49,521 bases of DNA. Source: Verrucomicrobiota bacterium. GTDB lineage: Bacteria; Verrucomicrobiota; Verrucomicrobiia; Limisphaerales; CANJSG01. Where the stretch lies: NCBI GenBank assembly GCA_038209745.1, contig JBBQXJ010000032.1, positions 1 through 49,521 on the forward strand, read 5' to 3'. Each line of letters begins with the position of its first letter. Position 1 is the stretch's first letter. Below the pieces are notes generated by a model. It searched no databases, was not told the origin of the DNA, and saw only the letters and a list, made by a program, of their open reading frames with translations. Below, piece after piece: positions 47,405 to 49,521 of the stretch. A program made the translations under genes and the position numbers.

Positions 47405-48307
47405 CTACGAGGCCAGGAAGAGTCCAGCCAGTCGTTCCGGTATTCGCGGTGTGGCGCCTGCGCTGGAGGCGACGAAGGATGCGACTTCGTTGGCGCCTTG
47501 GTTGACTCGGTCCAGCTCCCAACCCAAGAGCAGGCCCAGGGTCATGGCGGCGGTGAAGGAGTCGCCGGCGCCGACGGTGTCCTGCACCTGGGCGGGGATG
47601 CCGGGATGTTCGGACCATTCGCCGTCGTGCCAAAGGAGGCTGCCGTGGTCGCCGCGGGTGCAGGCGACGACGCGGAGCCTGAAATCGGCGGCGAGACGGG
47701 CGATGACGTCGCGGGTGTTGCCGGAGAGTCCCAGCATGGAGGCGATCTGCGGCAGTTCGGCGTCGCTGAGCTTGAGCGCGTTGGCCAAGGCCAAGGATTC
47801 ACGTATCAGCGCGGTGCAGAAGTAGTCGCCGCGCAGGTTGACATCGAAGATGCGGAGCGCGGTTGGAGGCGCGACGGCGATCAAGGCGCGAAGAGTGTTG
47901 CGCGTGGTGCGGTTCCGCTGGGCGAGGGTGCCGAAGCAGAGGGCGGCAGCGGCGGAAACGGCCCGCTGCGCGGCGGCGGTTTCCTCGAGCCAATCCCACG
48001 CGGTGTTTTCGTGGATGACGAAGCGCGGCTGACCGGCGGCGTCCACTTCCACGGAGGCAGCGCCGGTGGGATGGGCCGGGTCGGTCTGGACGAGATCGGT
48101 CGGGAGGCCGAGTTGACGGAGCCGCTGCAGGGCTTCCCGGCCGAGATCATCTTCGCCGACCCTGGAAATAATGGAGGCATCGGCCCCGAGCGCCCGGGCG
48201 TGGTAGGCGAAATTCGACGGGGCGCCGCCGAGCTGGCGACCATTTGGCAGCAGGTCCCAGAGGACTTCGCCAAGACCGAGGATCCGGAAGTTCGAGGGCG
48301 GTTCCAT
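47405..48307 (-). CDS. PfkB family carbohydrate kinase (probable fructokinase)
   Basis: GLGEVLWD, GGAP.NFA, FDVNLR, DTVGAGDSF; adjacent to GH32. Confidence 0.9.
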   Translation of the reverse strand: MEPPSNFRILGLGEVLWDLLPNGRQLGGAPSNFAYHARALGADASIISRVGEDDLGREALQRLRQLGLPTDLVQTDPAHPTGAASVEVDAAGQPRFVIHENTAWDWLEETAAAQRAVSAAAALCFGTLAQRNRTTRNTLRALIAVAPPTALRIFDVNLRGDYFCTALIRESLALANALKLSDAELPQIASMLGLSGNTRDVIARLAADFRLRVVACTRGDHGSLLWHDGEWSEHPGIPAQVQDTVGAGDSFTAAMTLGLLLGWELDRVNQGANEVASFVASSAGATPRIPERLAGLFLAS

Positions 48308-48313
48308 GGTGGC

Positions 48314-48805
48314 TCAGCGCTTCTTGCTGTCCTGATGGCAAGCCATGTCGATGACCACGGCGGAAGCGAGCAGGAGCACGTCGTCTTCGCCATCGGCGAT
48401 GTCCACGCCGTAGGTGTCGGTCCAGCTGAACCAGCGTTTGCTCACGTGGGCGACGACGCGGTCATGGCGTTCGATGGTGTATTCGTGGTCGAGGAAATCA
48501 CCCTTGGCCTCGGGGTCGTCCGGGCCGGGGACATCCACGGTGAACCTGCAGTGGAAGAAGGTGAAAAGGTGCTTCTTCACGGTGGCGACGAGCACTCCGC
48601 TTTTCATGATTTCATAGGTTGGGCCCCAGGCGAAGAGCTTCTGCCGGATGAAGGCGAGTTCGGTCCCGGCCATGTCCTGGAACGAGAGTTTGTCGCCGAT
48701 GGTGAAGGCCTTTCCGTCGACGAAGAAGGCGTCGTTTCCGGTGGCATCCTGGATGGTGAAGTCGTCGCCCCAGGACCAGAACTTCTGTTTGAGCAGGTAG
48801 CGCAT
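48314..48805 (-). CDS. LURP-one-related / scramblase-like (Tubby C-like) protein
   Basis: KQK.WS.GDDFTI.D..G...F.VDGK, GDF.DHEY.I, SK.WFSW.DTY.V.I. Confidence 0.88.
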   Translation of the reverse strand: MRYLLKQKFWSWGDDFTIQDATGNDAFFVDGKAFTIGDKLSFQDMAGTELAFIRQKLFAWGPTYEIMKSGVLVATVKKHLFTFFHCRFTVDVPGPDDPEAKGDFLDHEYTIERHDRVVAHVSKRWFSWTDTYGVDIADGEDDVLLLASAVVIDMACHQDSKKR

Positions 48806-49036
48806 GGTGTTTTGGTATCGCCGCTTTTCGGGGCTTTTGTACTTTCTAGGTATTGTAAAATTCAAGAAATTGTCTCACCAGCGGGCTTGACTGCCTTTAA
48901 ATTGGACGGCGTGATGCCTGCGGATCAACCTCGGGAGAGCAAGGTGTGACAAACTGGACAGCTCTGTGGTTGGCGAATTCCAAATCAAACACCACTGCCG
49001 GACAGGGAACTTGGATCCGGCAAGATTCTGAACCCC

Positions 49037-49521
49037 ATGAAAATATTCCTCGCTCGTTTGGGGAGCGGCCTCGCTGTGCCCAGCTGCTTTCTGCTGACGG
49101 TCTTGGCGATGACTGCTGGCGCCGCCACCAAGGACTGGAATAACGCCTCCGGCGGAAGCTGGACCAACGCGGCGAACTGGACGCCGGCGGGCGTTCCCGC
49201 CAACGGCGACATCGTGAACCTCACCCAAGCCGGGAGCTACGGGATATCCCTAGATGTGAACGCGACTCTGGCGGCGCTCAACGTCGGCGGTGCCGGTGCC
49301 GCGGTCGTGCTGACGAACGCTGGCCGGACAATCAACGCGACCAATTCGGCGGTGAAGTCCGGCAGTCAATTGCTGATGACCGACGGCGATCTGCGCGGGA
49401 AGCTGACGGTGGAGGCCGGGGGTGTGCTGGAGTTCGGGGGGACGGCGCAGAAGACGATGTATAGCTTCACGCTGGTGAACCTCGGGAAGGTGCTGTGGAG
49501 CGGGTCGAGCCTGTTCGGCGG
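49037..49521 (+). CDS. 5' part of a large secreted beta-rich surface protein (runs off window)
   Basis: Own translation MKIFLARLG...AMTAGAATKDWNNASGGSWTNAANWTPAGVPANGD...; open to the window end. Confidence 0.8.
   Translation, partial: MKIFLARLGSGLAVPSCFLLTVLAMTAGAATKDWNNASGGSWTNAANWTPAGVPANGDIVNLTQAGSYGISLDVNATLAALNVGGAGAAVVLTNAGRTINATNSAVKSGSQLLMTDGDLRGKLTVEAGGVLEFGGTAQKTMYSFTLVNLGKVLWSGSSLFG

Noticed and set aside
1..49521. tRNA, rRNA, prophage or integrase genes
   Set aside because: None recognised in the window

Overview
High-GC bacterial chromosomal segment. It is most likely Verrucomicrobiota (an inference from the H-X9-DG prepilin-like protein, a DUF6797-type protein, an Ig/NHL protein with a C-terminal FYR tail, and the imuA-imuB-dnaE2 cassette). 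From left to right it holds: the end of a CPA1 antiporter; a lower-GC general-stress cluster (PRC-barrel/BON, DUF892, membrane proteins, ECF sigma) ending in an IS5 remnant; housekeeping and metabolic genes (MarR, MFS, UvrD/Rep helicase, GT9, miaB, AI-2E, Gfo/Idh/MocA, Maf, M23, ABC1 kinase, RdgB, NRDE, DedA-ATP-grasp); the mutagenesis cassette; a secreted Ig/NHL protein; a decaying DUF433/DUF5615 toxin-antitoxin pair; an AAA_14/DUF4143 ATPase; thrS; a GxxExxY nuclease-fold gene; and a GH32/fructokinase pair. The most unusual part is the thrS neighbourhood. (1) The GxxExxY gene sits between two near-identical 138-bp palindromic elements. (2) ThrRS carries a ~110-aa low-GC in-frame insertion in its catalytic domain. 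(3) A diverged duplicate of the thrS 3' end brackets the ATPase gene. An orphan EcoRV-like protein with a signal peptide and a dispersed MITE/REPIN-like repeat family are also present. All family calls come from motif recognition by eye; no database search was run.
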